Of a DNA stretch of 64,000 bases, positions 31,647 through 42,721 are shown one piece after another. Where the stretch lies: NCBI GenBank assembly GCA_963717465.1, contig OY970340.1:768001-832000 (forward strand), given 5' to 3'. Numbering within the stretch: position 1 is the stretch's first letter; the number at the start of each line of letters is the position of its first letter. The position numbers were made by a program, and so were the translations under genes. The DNA comes from Candidatus Bathyarchaeota archaeon (GTDB taxonomy: Archaea; Thermoproteota; Bathyarchaeia; Bathyarchaeales; Bathycorpusculaceae). The notes beneath the pieces were generated by a model. It saw only the letters and a program-made list of their open reading frames with translations, had not been told where the DNA came from and ran no database searches.

Positions 31647-34025
31647 ATGTCAGAACCGCGGATTGGAGTTTACATTTGTCATTGTGGAGGAAACATTAGC
31701 AACACAGTGGATGTTGCGAAAGTAAAAGAAAATGTAGCTAAACTGAAAGGGGTTGTGGCTGCTGAGACGTATGAGTATGTTTGTAGTGACCCAGGACAGG
31801 ATATGATTACTAAAGGCATAAAAGAGCTGGGACTTAACCGAATAGTAGTGGCTTCATGTTCTCCACGTATGCACCTTGACACTTTCAGGAAAAATTTAAC
31901 ATCAGCTGGATTGAACCCGTATTTTCTAGAAATGGCAAATATCCGTGAGCAATGCAGTTGGATTCATGATGACAAAGATATTGCCACAGCAAAAGCCATT
32001 GATCTAGTACGTGGGGCAGTTGAGCGCGCTAGGTTCCTTGAGCCATTGAACGTCAAGAGTATTCCCGTAAACAAGGAAGTGCTGGTTATTGGAGGCGGAA
32101 TCGCAGGCATTAACACATCAATCGAATTGGCAGATAAAGGTTTCAAAGTACACTTGATCGAGAAGGGTCCAAGCATAGGTGGGCATATGGCTCAACTTAG
32201 TAAGACATTTCCAACTCTGGATTGTTCTCAGTGTATTCTTACGCCTAGGATGGTTTATGCGGCACAGCATCCAAACATCGAGATAACAAGCATGGCTGAG
32301 CTTGCAAGTGTTGAAGGTTCACCTGGCAACTATAAAGTTACGATTAAGAAGCATCCTCGATTTGTCACTGCCAACTGTACAGCATGCGGAGAATGTGAAA
32401 CAAAGTGTCCTGTCAAAGTGCCCAAGTGAATTTGATGCTGGCTTATACCCGAGGAAGGCTATTTACACGTCGTTTAAGCAGGCAGTTCCGAAAACATACG
32501 CTATTGACAAAGAACATTGCCTTTACTTCACTAAGGGAGTTTGTAAGGTTTGTGAAAAGTTTTGCAAGGGAAAGGCAATTGATTTTGACCAAAAAGAAGA
32601 AGAGATAAAGTTAGATGTTGGCGCAATTGTTGCTTGCGTAGGCTTTGAGCTAGTTAATCCGCAAGCGCAAAGAGAGTACAGTTATGGTATGTCACCCTGA
32701 CATCGTGACTATCTCTTCAGATGGAACGGTTAATAGGTCATGAAATGAGACGACCCTCTGATAACAACGTGGCTAAAAAAATCGCTTTCATACTATGTGC
32801 TGGAAGTCGAATGAGCAAGGATAACGGTAACAATCTTGATGGCGGGGTTGAGCATTGTTGCAAGATTGGTTGTATGGCTTCAATTAAACAGGCAATGCTG
32901 GTTCAAAAAGTAGTTCCAGATGCTGAACCCTGGATATTCTACACAGACATCAGGGCCGATGGAAAAGGCTACGAAGAATTCTACGCAAAAGCTCAAGATC
33001 ACAATGTACGCTTTGTCAGGGGTAGAGTTGCCTGCGTTACACCATTAAAGGATAAGTTGCAGGTTAGGGCTGAGAACACGCTTCTCGGCATGCAAGTAGA
33101 ACAGGATTTTGACCTTGTATCACTTTGCCTTGGAGTAGTTCCAGGTTCAGACACTAAAGATTTAGCCAAGACCCTTGGTATTCAGGTTGGGTCTGATGGC
33201 TTTCTATTGGAGAAGCACTTTAAACTGAGACCAGTTGACAGTCAACGAGAAGGAATATTCATCGCAGGATGCGATGTAAGCCCAAAGGATATACGTGAAA
33301 CAACTTTAGAATCGATGGCTGTTGCATCAAAAGTTGCAACGTTCCTCGGGAAAGGTGAGGTTGCGCTTTCGCCAGAGATTGCGCAGATTAATTTGGAAAA
33401 ATGTGATTCTTGCGGTATTTGCATAAATGTTTGTCCAGTTAAAGCCGTTGAAAAGACTTCCGCTGGGTTGCAGATTAATGCTATTTCCTGCATCGGTTGC
33501 GGAATTTGTGTTCCTAAGTGTCCAAAAGATGCGATTGAACTTAAAAATTGCACTGATGCACAATTGATCGGCCAGATTGAGGGTGTTGCATCTGGTGACA
33601 GGCATCCGAAGATCATTGCGTTCTTAGAGAAAGAGATCGCTTACGGTGCTGCTGATTTGGCGGGGCAATCAAGGGCTTCGTATACTCCGAACGTTGAAAT
33701 TATTCGAGTTCCCACTGTTGGTCGTGTTGGTGTGAAACATTTATTGCATGCTTTTGCTGCAGGTGCCGATGGTATTATTTTCGTTGAGGATCACGGTGGA
33801 GTCATGACTGAAGATGCTCTGAGACAGTTTGTCCGGGACTTGCAGAAGGAACTTGGCGCTTACGGTATTGAACCTATGCGTTTGGCTTCGTTTATGACGA
33901 CTTTGCCCGAATATAACAAGATTATTAACATTGCTGATACTTTAAATGCAAGGCTTCTAAAGATGAATCCAATATCTGAGGAAACGCGTTCAAAAATCAA
34001 AAAGAAACTTGAGGAGACTGGTTAA
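31647..34025 (+). CDS. hdrA: heterodisulfide reductase subunit A fused to a degenerate MvhD domain (indels ~32425 and ~32690-32715)
   Basis: RIGVYICHCGGNI, VVASCSPRMH, ANIREQCSW, KTFPTLDCSQC, ferredoxin motifs; C-terminal AYGAADLAGQSR..Y..NVEIIRVP..GRV..GADG. Confidence 0.9.
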
Positions 34026-34027
34026 TT

Positions 34028-34627
34028 ATGGAAAGCAAGACGACTTGTTTGATTTCAGCTGAGAACACTGACCCATCCTTCCTCCAAGAGGTCTTGAAGC
34101 TTCCAGGAGGCAAGAAGATGCTTGACTGCATTAGATGCGGCATGTGCGGAGCCTCCTGTGACGTACGGTTCGCCACGGATTACAGTCCAATGCAGATTTT
34201 TGCTATGACTTCTTTAGGAATGAAGGAACAAGTATTGTCAAGTTTAGCGATATGGACTTGCGCATCATGCTACACTTGCGCCAGTAGATGCCCCAGAGGC
34301 ATAGAAATTCCGCTAGTGATGTCAGGGCTAAAAAATATTGCTATTAAGAGTAATGTAGCCTTGGGTGACAATCCGAAACTCAAGTTTCACAATAGTTTTA
34401 CCAAGTCAGTGAACAAGTACGGGCGATCATTTGAACTAGACATCATGATGAGTTTAATGTCCTTTAACGTACGTGACCCGAAAATTCGCAAAGAACTGTT
34501 CGAGAAAGCCGGCTTAGGAGTTAGAATGGTGCGCAAAGGCAAGATTAAGATGGTGCCGTCGAGAATCAAGCAGGTGGATCAGGTAAAGAAGATATATGAA
34601 AAAGCTTCAGGAGAGAAAAAGGCATGA
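34028..34627 (+). CDS. hdrC: heterodisulfide reductase subunit C
   Basis: CIRCGMCGASC and WTCASCYTCASRCPRGI. Confidence 0.92.
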   Translation: MESKTTCLISAENTDPSFLQEVLKLPGGKKMLDCIRCGMCGASCDVRFATDYSPMQIFAMTSLGMKEQVLSSLAIWTCASCYTCASRCPRGIEIPLVMSGLKNIAIKSNVALGDNPKLKFHNSFTKSVNKYGRSFELDIMMSLMSFNVRDPKIRKELFEKAGLGVRMVRKGKIKMVPSRIKQVDQVKKIYEKASGEKKA

Positions 34628-35502
34628 AGTACGCTTACTTCCCTGGGTGTTCACAGGAATCCACAAGTAAAGAGTACGAGATATCTAATTCTGCAGTAAG
34701 CAAAGTGTTAGGCGTCGAGTTGGAAGAGATTCCTGGATGGAACTGTTGCGGTTCAATCGATGGCATTTACGCTACTAACCCACTTTTATCATTATCTTTG
34801 TCAGCTCGCAACCTTGCACTCGCTGAAAAGATGAACATGGACGTCGTTACTCTCTGCAGCGGATGTTTTCTTACTCTCGCCCGAGCAAATCGGTTGCTAA
34901 GTGAGAATTCTGATTTAAAGGATCAAGTTAACGCTGTTCTTGCCGAAATCGGCTTGAAAGTTGATAAGCCTGTTAAGATCAGGCATGCTATCGACGTTTA
35001 CGTTAACGATGTTGGCTTAAAGAAAATCACAGAAACAGTAAAGTTTCCGTTGAAGGGCTTGAAAGTTGCTCCTTATTACGGTTGTATGCTTGTAAGGTCT
35101 AGGGATTCTGCTCGTGTTGACGACTATGAGCATCCAGTATTAATGGATAAGCTTGTTGAGGCTTTAGGTGGGACAAATGTAAATTATACCGCTAAAACAC
35201 GATGCTGCGGGGCTTCACTTATGGTAACCAAAGAAAAGATTGCAATGGAGATGTCCATGGTTCCGTTGACTGAGGCAAAGAATGCTGGCGCTGATTGCAT
35301 TGTTACCTTCTGTCCTTTCTGCCAGTTCAATCTTGATGCTAGACAAAAAGACATCATGGAAAAGTTTGAGACTGACCTGAATATTCCAGTGTTGCATATT
35401 ACACAGTTAATGGGACTTGCGTTCGGTATTAAGCCGCGAAAGTTAGGTCTACAAAAGAATTGTGTGTATCCAACAAAGTTAGTTGCAACACTGAAAGTTT
35501 AA
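34624..35502 (+). CDS. hdrB: heterodisulfide reductase subunit B
   Basis: YAYFPGC, WNCCG, YYGC, RCCG and CPFCQFNLD (two CCG domains). Confidence 0.94.
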   Translation: MKYAYFPGCSQESTSKEYEISNSAVSKVLGVELEEIPGWNCCGSIDGIYATNPLLSLSLSARNLALAEKMNMDVVTLCSGCFLTLARANRLLSENSDLKDQVNAVLAEIGLKVDKPVKIRHAIDVYVNDVGLKKITETVKFPLKGLKVAPYYGCMLVRSRDSARVDDYEHPVLMDKLVEALGGTNVNYTAKTRCCGASLMVTKEKIAMEMSMVPLTEAKNAGADCIVTFCPFCQFNLDARQKDIMEKFETDLNIPVLHITQLMGLAFGIKPRKLGLQKNCVYPTKLVATLKV

Positions 35503-35703
35503 TCTAGCATCTTTTTTCTTTTCGTTTCGTTGCTCATGACTTTCCCTTTTCTAGTAGTTAAAGCCAGTTTTTAGAAAATTTGGGAAAAATAGCAATGTGT
35601 AAGGTTGCTTAGACTTTTTCATTTTAATGAAATTGATATTTTTGCAAAAAAGTAGGTTAATATAAACTGAAGAGTTAAGTGAATGATCTCGTTGTGTGAG
35701 TTT

Positions 35704-37702
35704 TTACTTTGCCATTATTGGTTTGCCTATGGCGGTTACGACAACTTCGGTTCCGCTTGAGACTGTTGTTTGTCTGGTATCTCCCATCATGTCTGCTGAG
35801 ATTCCTTTTCCAAGCTCGTAGAATAGGACCATGGCTTTTTCTCCGAGTGGTCTTATTACAGTTTTTATCTTGGGGTCTTGTATTCCTGCTTTTGCAGCTC
35901 TTTCTAATGCTAACTTTTCAGCCTCTGTTTTAGCAATATACAGCGCTCTATCTCCGGCTATGTAGATTGGTTCTTCGAGGCCAAAGATGGCGGCTATTCC
36001 TTCTTCTTTGGGTACTATCTGCACTATTACGGTTTCCATTACGACTCCGCTAATGGCTCCAACAGCGTTTCCTACTTCGTAATGTGGTGGAAGGACAAGT
36101 TTAGTGTTTAATCGTTCGCAAACTGGAGGCATGAGTAACGCAACAGGACCTCCAATAGCTACTATGGGATACTTAGTTGCGGCTTTGAAAGTGAAATATC
36201 CTTCTTTGCCTGTTGCAGCTTTATCGAGTAAGTATTGGCAGCTATCGCAGAGAGATTGCGAATCCATTTCATCGAAAAGCAGTTTTTTAGTTACTTCTTT
36301 GGTAACGTTGTGGTAGACAAAGTTTAATGCTCTATCGATAAGTTGTTCCTGAGTTATTTTCATGTTTGCAGGCTAAGGTGGTAACTCCCTTCTTGGCAGT
36401 TTCAACATCCCATTCAACATAAGTGCCTTGGCAGTGGAATAAGTCTGTGGGTGTTAATCCGACTCCTTCGATTATGTATTGTGCTTTAAAGTTTTTGACG
36501 TCAGTTAGAATAAGTGGTCCAGGTTTTACGAGGTCTCGAATTAACTCGTCGATAGTTACTGGCTGTAATTGTGTGATTGAGTCAAAGACTTCCTGTTCGG
36601 TTTTGTCAAGTTTTGCGTTTCTAGCGCTGTGTGCAATGAGGAAGTCTGTGCTTTTGTTCACTTCCATTTTCTTGATCAGGTTTGGATGTTTTTTAGCCGC
36701 CAGACTTAGCGGGATTACTCTTTCTGGTCCGACGCATAGGCAGCCGTTGTTTATCCAGATTCGGCTGTCTCCTGCTAGGCCGATGGTTCTCATGGATAAG
36801 GCTTTTACTCGGGTTATCCAGTTGCCTACCGAGGCTCCTTCTGGGTCTATTTGGCAGTTGCCGTCGTTTACTCTTCCTATGTCGGTGGATGTTCCTCCGA
36901 TGTCCACGACGATGTAATCTTTCAGTTTTGATAGAACTCCTGCTCCGACGGCGCTTGCTGCTGGTCCGGAGAGCATTGTTTCCACTGGTCTTTCTCGTGC
37001 TACTAGTTCGCTTGTTAATGAACCGTCGCTTTTTACGACCATTAACGGTGCGTTAATGCCTCTTTCTTGAAGGCTTGCCTTTATTCTGTCCAAAAATTCT
37101 TTGATTATTGGGAGTAATCGTGCGTTGAGGTAGGCTGTTGTGGTTCTTTCGAACATGCCTATTTTAGGAGACATTTCGTGACCGCAGACGACGGGTAGGC
37201 CTGTCATTTCTTTTATTATTTTTCTTGTTATTATTTCGTGTTCTGGGTTTCTGCAGCCGAAGTATGCTGAGACTGCGAACGCTTTCACTTTGCTTGCCAT
37301 GCTTTCTACGACTTTTCTGACTCCTTCTTCGTCTAATTCGTCTATTTCATCACCCAGGAGGTCGTGGCCACCCTGCACGAAGGCTTTTTCGATTTTTAAT
37401 TCTTCCATTGCTTCTGGCGTGTAACCAATTAGTATTGTGCCTACGTCCCAGCCTTTGTTTTGGAGTATTGAGTTTGTGGCTAGGGTTGTTGAAACGGAGA
37501 CAAGTTTTATGTCTTCGCCTTTTATTTTGCCTTGCTCAAACACTTTATCGATCGAATCGATTATGCCTATTGATAGGTCATAAGGTGTTGTGTGAGCTTT
37601 TGCAGTCGTGAAAAGTTCGCTGGTATCCATGTCCAAAATTGCGCAGTCGGTGTAAGATCCGCCTGTATCTATGCCCATTCCAAGGATTTTTGGCATCTCC
37701 AA
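35704..37702 (-). CDS. hydantoinase/oxoprolinase family ASKHA protein (indel ~36360)
   Basis: GIDTGGSYTD, STTLATN, SGPAAS, DIGGTSTD and VGNAVGA motifs. Confidence 0.88.
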
Positions 37703-38110
37703 ACCCTCTTTTTTTACAAAATAATCGTTATGGACGTTGTTAAACTTTGTGTCCTTATATGTAAAACAATTGATGTATAATTTGGAGGAAAACCAGACAC
37801 ATTTTTTAACTTTGCATACTGCTTTGGGGGTGCATCAAGCTATTTCTTGGCTTTTAGAGTAGTAAAAAAGAGGTTTTTTAGGTGTTGCGAGAGTTGCTTT
37901 GGCTTATTTGAAAATTATCGGTGGCGACTGAAACCTAATCTGCCACCCTTACTTAGCGAATAACGCCCGCTGCAAGGGCAAGGGGACAATCTAAAGAGGG
38001 GTGCACAGAAAAAAGCTGGGGTACTTGAATGTCCTAAACCTAAAGACGGGCTGAAAATTCTTATTAAAGACTACACCACCAATAATTTAATACAAACTGG
38101 ACCTGATTCT

Positions 38111-39760
38111 ATGAAAGAAATCGGAATTGCAATCGACTTAGGAACAAGCGGCTTCAGAGCACAAGCCATCAACATAAAAGACGACACAATTATCTCAACG
38201 GCCATAACATTAAGACATCCACTTCCGGGCGCAAACGTAATAGATCATCTCCAATTCGCCAACGAAGCAGGAGGCGGATTGGCGCATGGAATAATAATCG
38301 AAACAGTCAACAAAATGCTAAAGCACCTATCAGTGGATTTAACACAGGTTGAAAGAATGGCAGTTTCAGGCAATCCAGCACAACTATCACTATTTCAAAA
38401 CACAGAGATCAGAGACCTCGTCATAGCAGGCAAAAGATCCCAACAGTCACTGGGCATCGATAATGTGGATAGAAGCGCCAGAATCATCAAAGCCGCCCAA
38501 GTAGGGCTAAACCTGAACCCGGAAACGGACGTATACATACCTCCCGCGATCCAACATGAAGTAGGCGCCGATACCCTTGCAGTAATTCTGAAAGCCGGTT
38601 TGCTCGAAAAGAAGGGAAATTTAATGGTAACTGACTATGGCACAAACGCAGAGATCGCCCTAAAAGTGGGGGACGAAATCTATACCGGCTCAGCCGCCGC
38701 AGGACCCGCTATTGAGGGACAGGAGATCGAATGCGGAATGTTGGCTGCGCCTGGCGCCATCTCTGACATACAGCCATCAGGGTCTGGATGGGAACTCCAA
38801 GTACTTGACAGTGAACTTAAATCACGCCCTGGAAATCAAATCGACCCGAAAACCGGTACAATCCTCAAAAAAGGGAATATCGTCGCACGCGGCATCACTG
38901 GAACTGGGGTTGTTGCAGCAATCGCGACTGGAATGGATTCATCTCTTATCGATTTACCAAAGATAGTAACGCCCGATCAAAGAATTCATCTGCAGGACGG
39001 CTTCTTCATAACTCAAAAAGACCTTAACGAAGCTGGAAAAGCTTTCGGCGCTTTTACAGCGGGGCACATTGCAATGGCTGAAACAGCCGGAATCAGCGTC
39101 GCAGATATCGAAGAAATCTACATGGCAGGCGCCTCTGGAACCTACGTTGACCCGGTCAAAGCACAGAGAGTAGGATTAATCCCACCAGCAGTCAAGAAGG
39201 CTATCCAAATAGGAAACACTTCTCTTGCATTGGCTTGTGACATAGTAAAAAACCCGGCAATGCTCGACGATCTTCAAAAAACAGCTGAGCAACTTAAACG
39301 AAGCCACGTCATGTTTGCCACATCGAAACACTTTGAAAATGCGTATGTAGTTGCGCTAGGCCTATGGGGTTACATGAGCCACAATGCAATGCCCCTGGAA
39401 ATGGCCAACAAAGTTCTCGCAAAATTCAACATCAAACCCATACCGCCAATACGTGGAGGACTTGAAACAGTCAGGATTGCCATGCGTGATATACCAGTAT
39501 TGGGCAAGAAGGGACTAGCAATCGTGACAGACGTTGGAATGGAATTAACTGGCCTATTTGAAGACTGCGTAGGCTGCCAAACCTGTGAAAAAGAATGCCC
39601 AGAAAAAGTCTTAAAAGTGGTAGAAGAAGACAATTCCTACCGCATAATTATTCGCTCATCAGGCTGCCTTGGACTTGCATGCAGAAAATGCGAAACAGTA
39701 TGCCCTGAAAACGCTTTAAAAATAAACAAGCTTTCGCTACGTAGCTACAAAGAACAATAG
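38111..39760 (+). CDS. ramA: corrinoid protein reductive activase (RamA-type ASKHA with C-terminal ferredoxin)
   Basis: IAIDLGTSGFRAQ, HPLPGANVIDHL, HEVGAD, TDYGTNAE, SAAAGPAIEGQ; CVGCQTCEKECP and CLGLACRKCETVCP. Confidence 0.9.
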   Translation: MKEIGIAIDLGTSGFRAQAINIKDDTIISTAITLRHPLPGANVIDHLQFANEAGGGLAHGIIIETVNKMLKHLSVDLTQVERMAVSGNPAQLSLFQNTEIRDLVIAGKRSQQSLGIDNVDRSARIIKAAQVGLNLNPETDVYIPPAIQHEVGADTLAVILKAGLLEKKGNLMVTDYGTNAEIALKVGDEIYTGSAAAGPAIEGQEIECGMLAAPGAISDIQPSGSGWELQVLDSELKSRPGNQIDPKTGTILKKGNIVARGITGTGVVAAIATGMDSSLIDLPKIVTPDQRIHLQDGFFITQKDLNEAGKAFGAFTAGHIAMAETAGISVADIEEIYMAGASGTYVDPVKAQRVGLIPPAVKKAIQIGNTSLALACDIVKNPAMLDDLQKTAEQLKRSHVMFATSKHFENAYVVALGLWGYMSHNAMPLEMANKVLAKFNIKPIPPIRGGLETVRIAMRDIPVLGKKGLAIVTDVGMELTGLFEDCVGCQTCEKECPEKVLKVVEEDNSYRIIIRSSGCLGLACRKCETVCPENALKINKLSLRSYKEQ

Positions 39761-40224
39761 CCACAAACTTACACGTTGCTCAATGGTGAACCGAATCATT
39801 GAAACACGCGTGCGTTTCGGTATTGTCGTTAGATGGCAAAGTGGTTTTTGGTGTTGATTATTTATAGATATTTCTTCTGTTAGATGTCGAATTGAAAGAA
39901 AGTTGCAATTTTAGGGTTAACTTGGTTATGAAAAGGCTTGATTTGGAGAGGTTTTTCAAAATTTGGTTGAATTGGAGTTTTAAGTCTTCGCAAATTTGAA
40001 ATGGTGCCCAACAAAAAGCAATCATCATCAGATACGTTCAAAAACTCACTGAAATCGGCAACAAGGCGTTACGTGCATTTAGGACGATTAAGAAAATGTT
40101 GGGCAAGTTAATAGTAAAGTTGTGAGCAGTTAAACGGTATAACAAGTGGTTGCTAACTGGAACTCATGTGTACCAGAGTAGATTGAAGGGAGACATTAAT
40201 TTTGCTAAGTTGTTGTTTTTGCAG

Positions 40225-40551
40225 TTAAGGCAGATCCTTCACGGTTTTATTCAGTTCTGATTGCGCTTTCCTATAACGTGCAATCATCTCTTTTCCAAAA
40301 TCGCTGACTTGTGATGATCCGCCTTTAGCTCCGCCGTGAACTCTGTGGACTAATAGTTCCCCCAGTCTTTTCTCGGCTAAGGTGATCCTGTGCAAGGCAT
40401 AACGGTAAGACATGTCTAGAAACTCTGCAGCCTCAAAAATCGAGTTATGCCTGTCGATTTCTTCTAAAAGTTCTGCCAAACCATCTCCGAAAACTGCTTC
40501 GTGTTTCTCGTTAATTATCCAAAGTTTTATTTCATAAGATAAATTTTGCAT
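40225..40551 (-). CDS. ModE-type winged-helix regulator (N-terminal domain only)
   Basis: KLWI....VFGDG..ELLEEID...SI..AA..LDMSYR.A......E..LG..LV....GG..GG. Confidence 0.85.
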   Translation of the reverse strand: MQNLSYEIKLWIINEKHEAVFGDGLAELLEEIDRHNSIFEAAEFLDMSYRYALHRITLAEKRLGELLVHRVHGGAKGGSSQVSDFGKEMIARYRKAQSELNKTVKDLP

Positions 40552-40923
40552 GCAACACTTCTTCCTAAGCTGAGATATTTGAAAGCAATCAAGTTTAAGT
40601 TTTTCGGCTTGAATGCGCTTTGCTATGAGGCGCGGTGTAAAAAAGGTGCTTTATTAGTGACTTTTGCTTTTAGAATTAATGCGAGGGTTCAACAGTTGGT
40701 TTTGCAACGGTTTCATCTAATAGGAGATAAGAGATGAGGAACTTTTTTCGTTACTGGCCAACTGTTGCCCTATTTTCAGGTGTTTGCGGTTTCTATTCTT
40801 CTTTTCGAAGTTACAATCTTGTAATATCGGTGCTTTAGTATAAAAACTTTTTGACGTTGGCGTTGACTTGCGGTTCTCTGGCTTAAAATTAATATTGATG
40901 CGAGCACTTAAAGTTCAGTTTCA

Positions 40924-41742
40924 ATGAAGAGGCCTTTAATTATTTTGGCTGCAATTGTCGTCATTGTTTTAGCTGTGTCACTGTTGATTTTTATGGAAAT
41001 AAATGCTTCCGAAAACGCAGCAGTTACGTATTATGGTTATACAATAGTGAACACGTTTCCTCATAACACCAGCGTCTTTACAGAGGGGCTAGTGTATTCA
41101 AATGGTTTATTATATGAAAGTAATGGAAGCGGAATTAGCCCTAACGGGTTTTCAACTTTGCTTTGTGAAAACTTAACTACAAGCGTGGTTTTGCAGGAGT
41201 ATACTCTGCCAAGTCAGTACTTTGGTGAAGGCATCGCCATCGTTAACAATACCCTTATCCAGTTGACTTGGCAGTCGCATATCGGCTTCATATACGATAA
41301 GACCACGTTTGCTCTGCTGGGCAATTTCAGTTATCCCACGCAAGGTTGGGGTTTGACCTTTGATGGTAAAAACTTAATCATGAGCGATGGCACAAGCAAC
41401 CTCTACTTTCTTAATCCATCAACCTTTCAGCGGACAGGTGAAGTTCAAGTATATAACGGGGCAACTCCGGTTGAAAACATCAATTCGCTGGATTATATTG
41501 ACGGTTACATCTATGCGAACATTTGGCTGACAAATACGATTGCCATAATCAATCCGCAGACTGGACAAGTCAAAGGTTTAATTGATCTTACAGGGTTGCC
41601 GGCTTCATCTGCAAGTAGTATAAACCCTAATTATGTACTTAATGGCATCGCATGTGACCAGCAAAACAGTCGACTCTTCGTAACAGGAAAGGATTGGGCG
41701 AGCCTCTATCAAATAGAGTTAATTCCAAAATCTAAGAATTAA
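40924..41742 (+). CDS. glutaminyl-peptide cyclotransferase (beta-propeller type), membrane anchored
   Basis: FPHN..VFTEGL, LYESNG, YFGEG, QLTWQ, GWGLT, MSDG, YANIW, VLNGIA and TGKDW motifs. Confidence 0.9.
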   Translation: MKRPLIILAAIVVIVLAVSLLIFMEINASENAAVTYYGYTIVNTFPHNTSVFTEGLVYSNGLLYESNGSGISPNGFSTLLCENLTTSVVLQEYTLPSQYFGEGIAIVNNTLIQLTWQSHIGFIYDKTTFALLGNFSYPTQGWGLTFDGKNLIMSDGTSNLYFLNPSTFQRTGEVQVYNGATPVENINSLDYIDGYIYANIWLTNTIAIINPQTGQVKGLIDLTGLPASSASSINPNYVLNGIACDQQNSRLFVTGKDWASLYQIELIPKSKN

Positions 41743-42162
41743 AAGGCCACAAATCGAATAATTAAGCCAAACTGTCAGGCAAGCGCAGCTTGCTGATTTT
41801 TGTTCATTTTTGCTAAGAAACCCTCGCTATTCTTTTGATTTTGTTTATCCTATAGTTTTGTTTTGATTTTTTTTCTATTTTTGTTTTTGTACACTTGTTG
41901 ATTAGGGTTCTTTTCGAGTAAAACATTACCTTTATTACCAATATTACCTGTATGTAATAACGAAAATTCGATGTTACATACTTGTAATGTCGACGGTGGC
42001 GAAAAAATGCTTTGGACCAAAACAATTGCAATAGGTTTGATAGAGTTACACTTCCATAACTCATTTCCTTCTGCATTTCTTCCTACAGTTATCGGTTACT
42101 TGTTAAACAAAAGGGGTTCTTCTTGTTTTGGAAGCAAACAGTTGAATTTTGGATGAGAACAG

Positions 42163-42714
42163 GTGCACAATTTGGGTAAGTTGCAAAAGAAATACAAATG
42201 GATGTATCTGCGTTTAATCCGTAAGCGGAGAAGAGGAACAGCAATAGTTGATACTTCTAAAGGAGTATTAGTTGTCAGTCATGATGGCAAAACATTTCAT
42301 TTACCTGGTGGCGCCGCAAAAGATAATGAAAGCCGAGAAGATGCTGCTATAAGAGAATTAGAAGAAGAGACGGGGTTAAAACCCACTGAATGGTCGTATC
42401 TTTTTGCGTGCAAGGGTCGAATCCATCGCGATATTAAAGGCGTTTTCTTCAGAGATGCCCACAAAGTATACCTAATAAAGGCTTCAGGTGTTCCCCAACC
42501 AAGAAGTGAAATCAAGCATATAGCTTACACGAACAGTAACGTGAAATTAACTCCCACTACAAAACGAATAATTGCAAAATTCTTCAAAGGCGAAACGAAG
42601 TCTGAAAACTCAAATCATATAATTGATCCTGAGTATCCCATAACTCAATTTGTTGAAAGTGGCGAATCCAATTATCTTACGCACTTTTCATCAAGTCCCT
42701 GGAAAACAAGTTGA
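42163..42714 (+). CDS. NUDIX hydrolase
   Basis: LPGG....ESREDAAIRELEEETGL Nudix box. Confidence 0.88.
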   Translation: MHNLGKLQKKYKWMYLRLIRKRRRGTAIVDTSKGVLVVSHDGKTFHLPGGAAKDNESREDAAIRELEEETGLKPTEWSYLFACKGRIHRDIKGVFFRDAHKVYLIKASGVPQPRSEIKHIAYTNSNVKLTPTTKRIIAKFFKGETKSENSNHIIDPEYPITQFVESGESNYLTHFSSSPWKTS

Positions 42715-42721
42715 GATGTAG

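Noticed and set aside
32420..32720. In-frame TGA codons in hdrA as selenocysteine
   Set aside because: Homology continues in a different frame (VPSEFDAG; HPDIVT) and the TGAs are not at Cys positions, so indels explain them.
37900..38060. Cobalamin riboswitch or tRNA-Pyl upstream of ramA
   Set aside because: Only short hairpins (GGTGGC/GCCACC); no B12 box and no cloverleaf.
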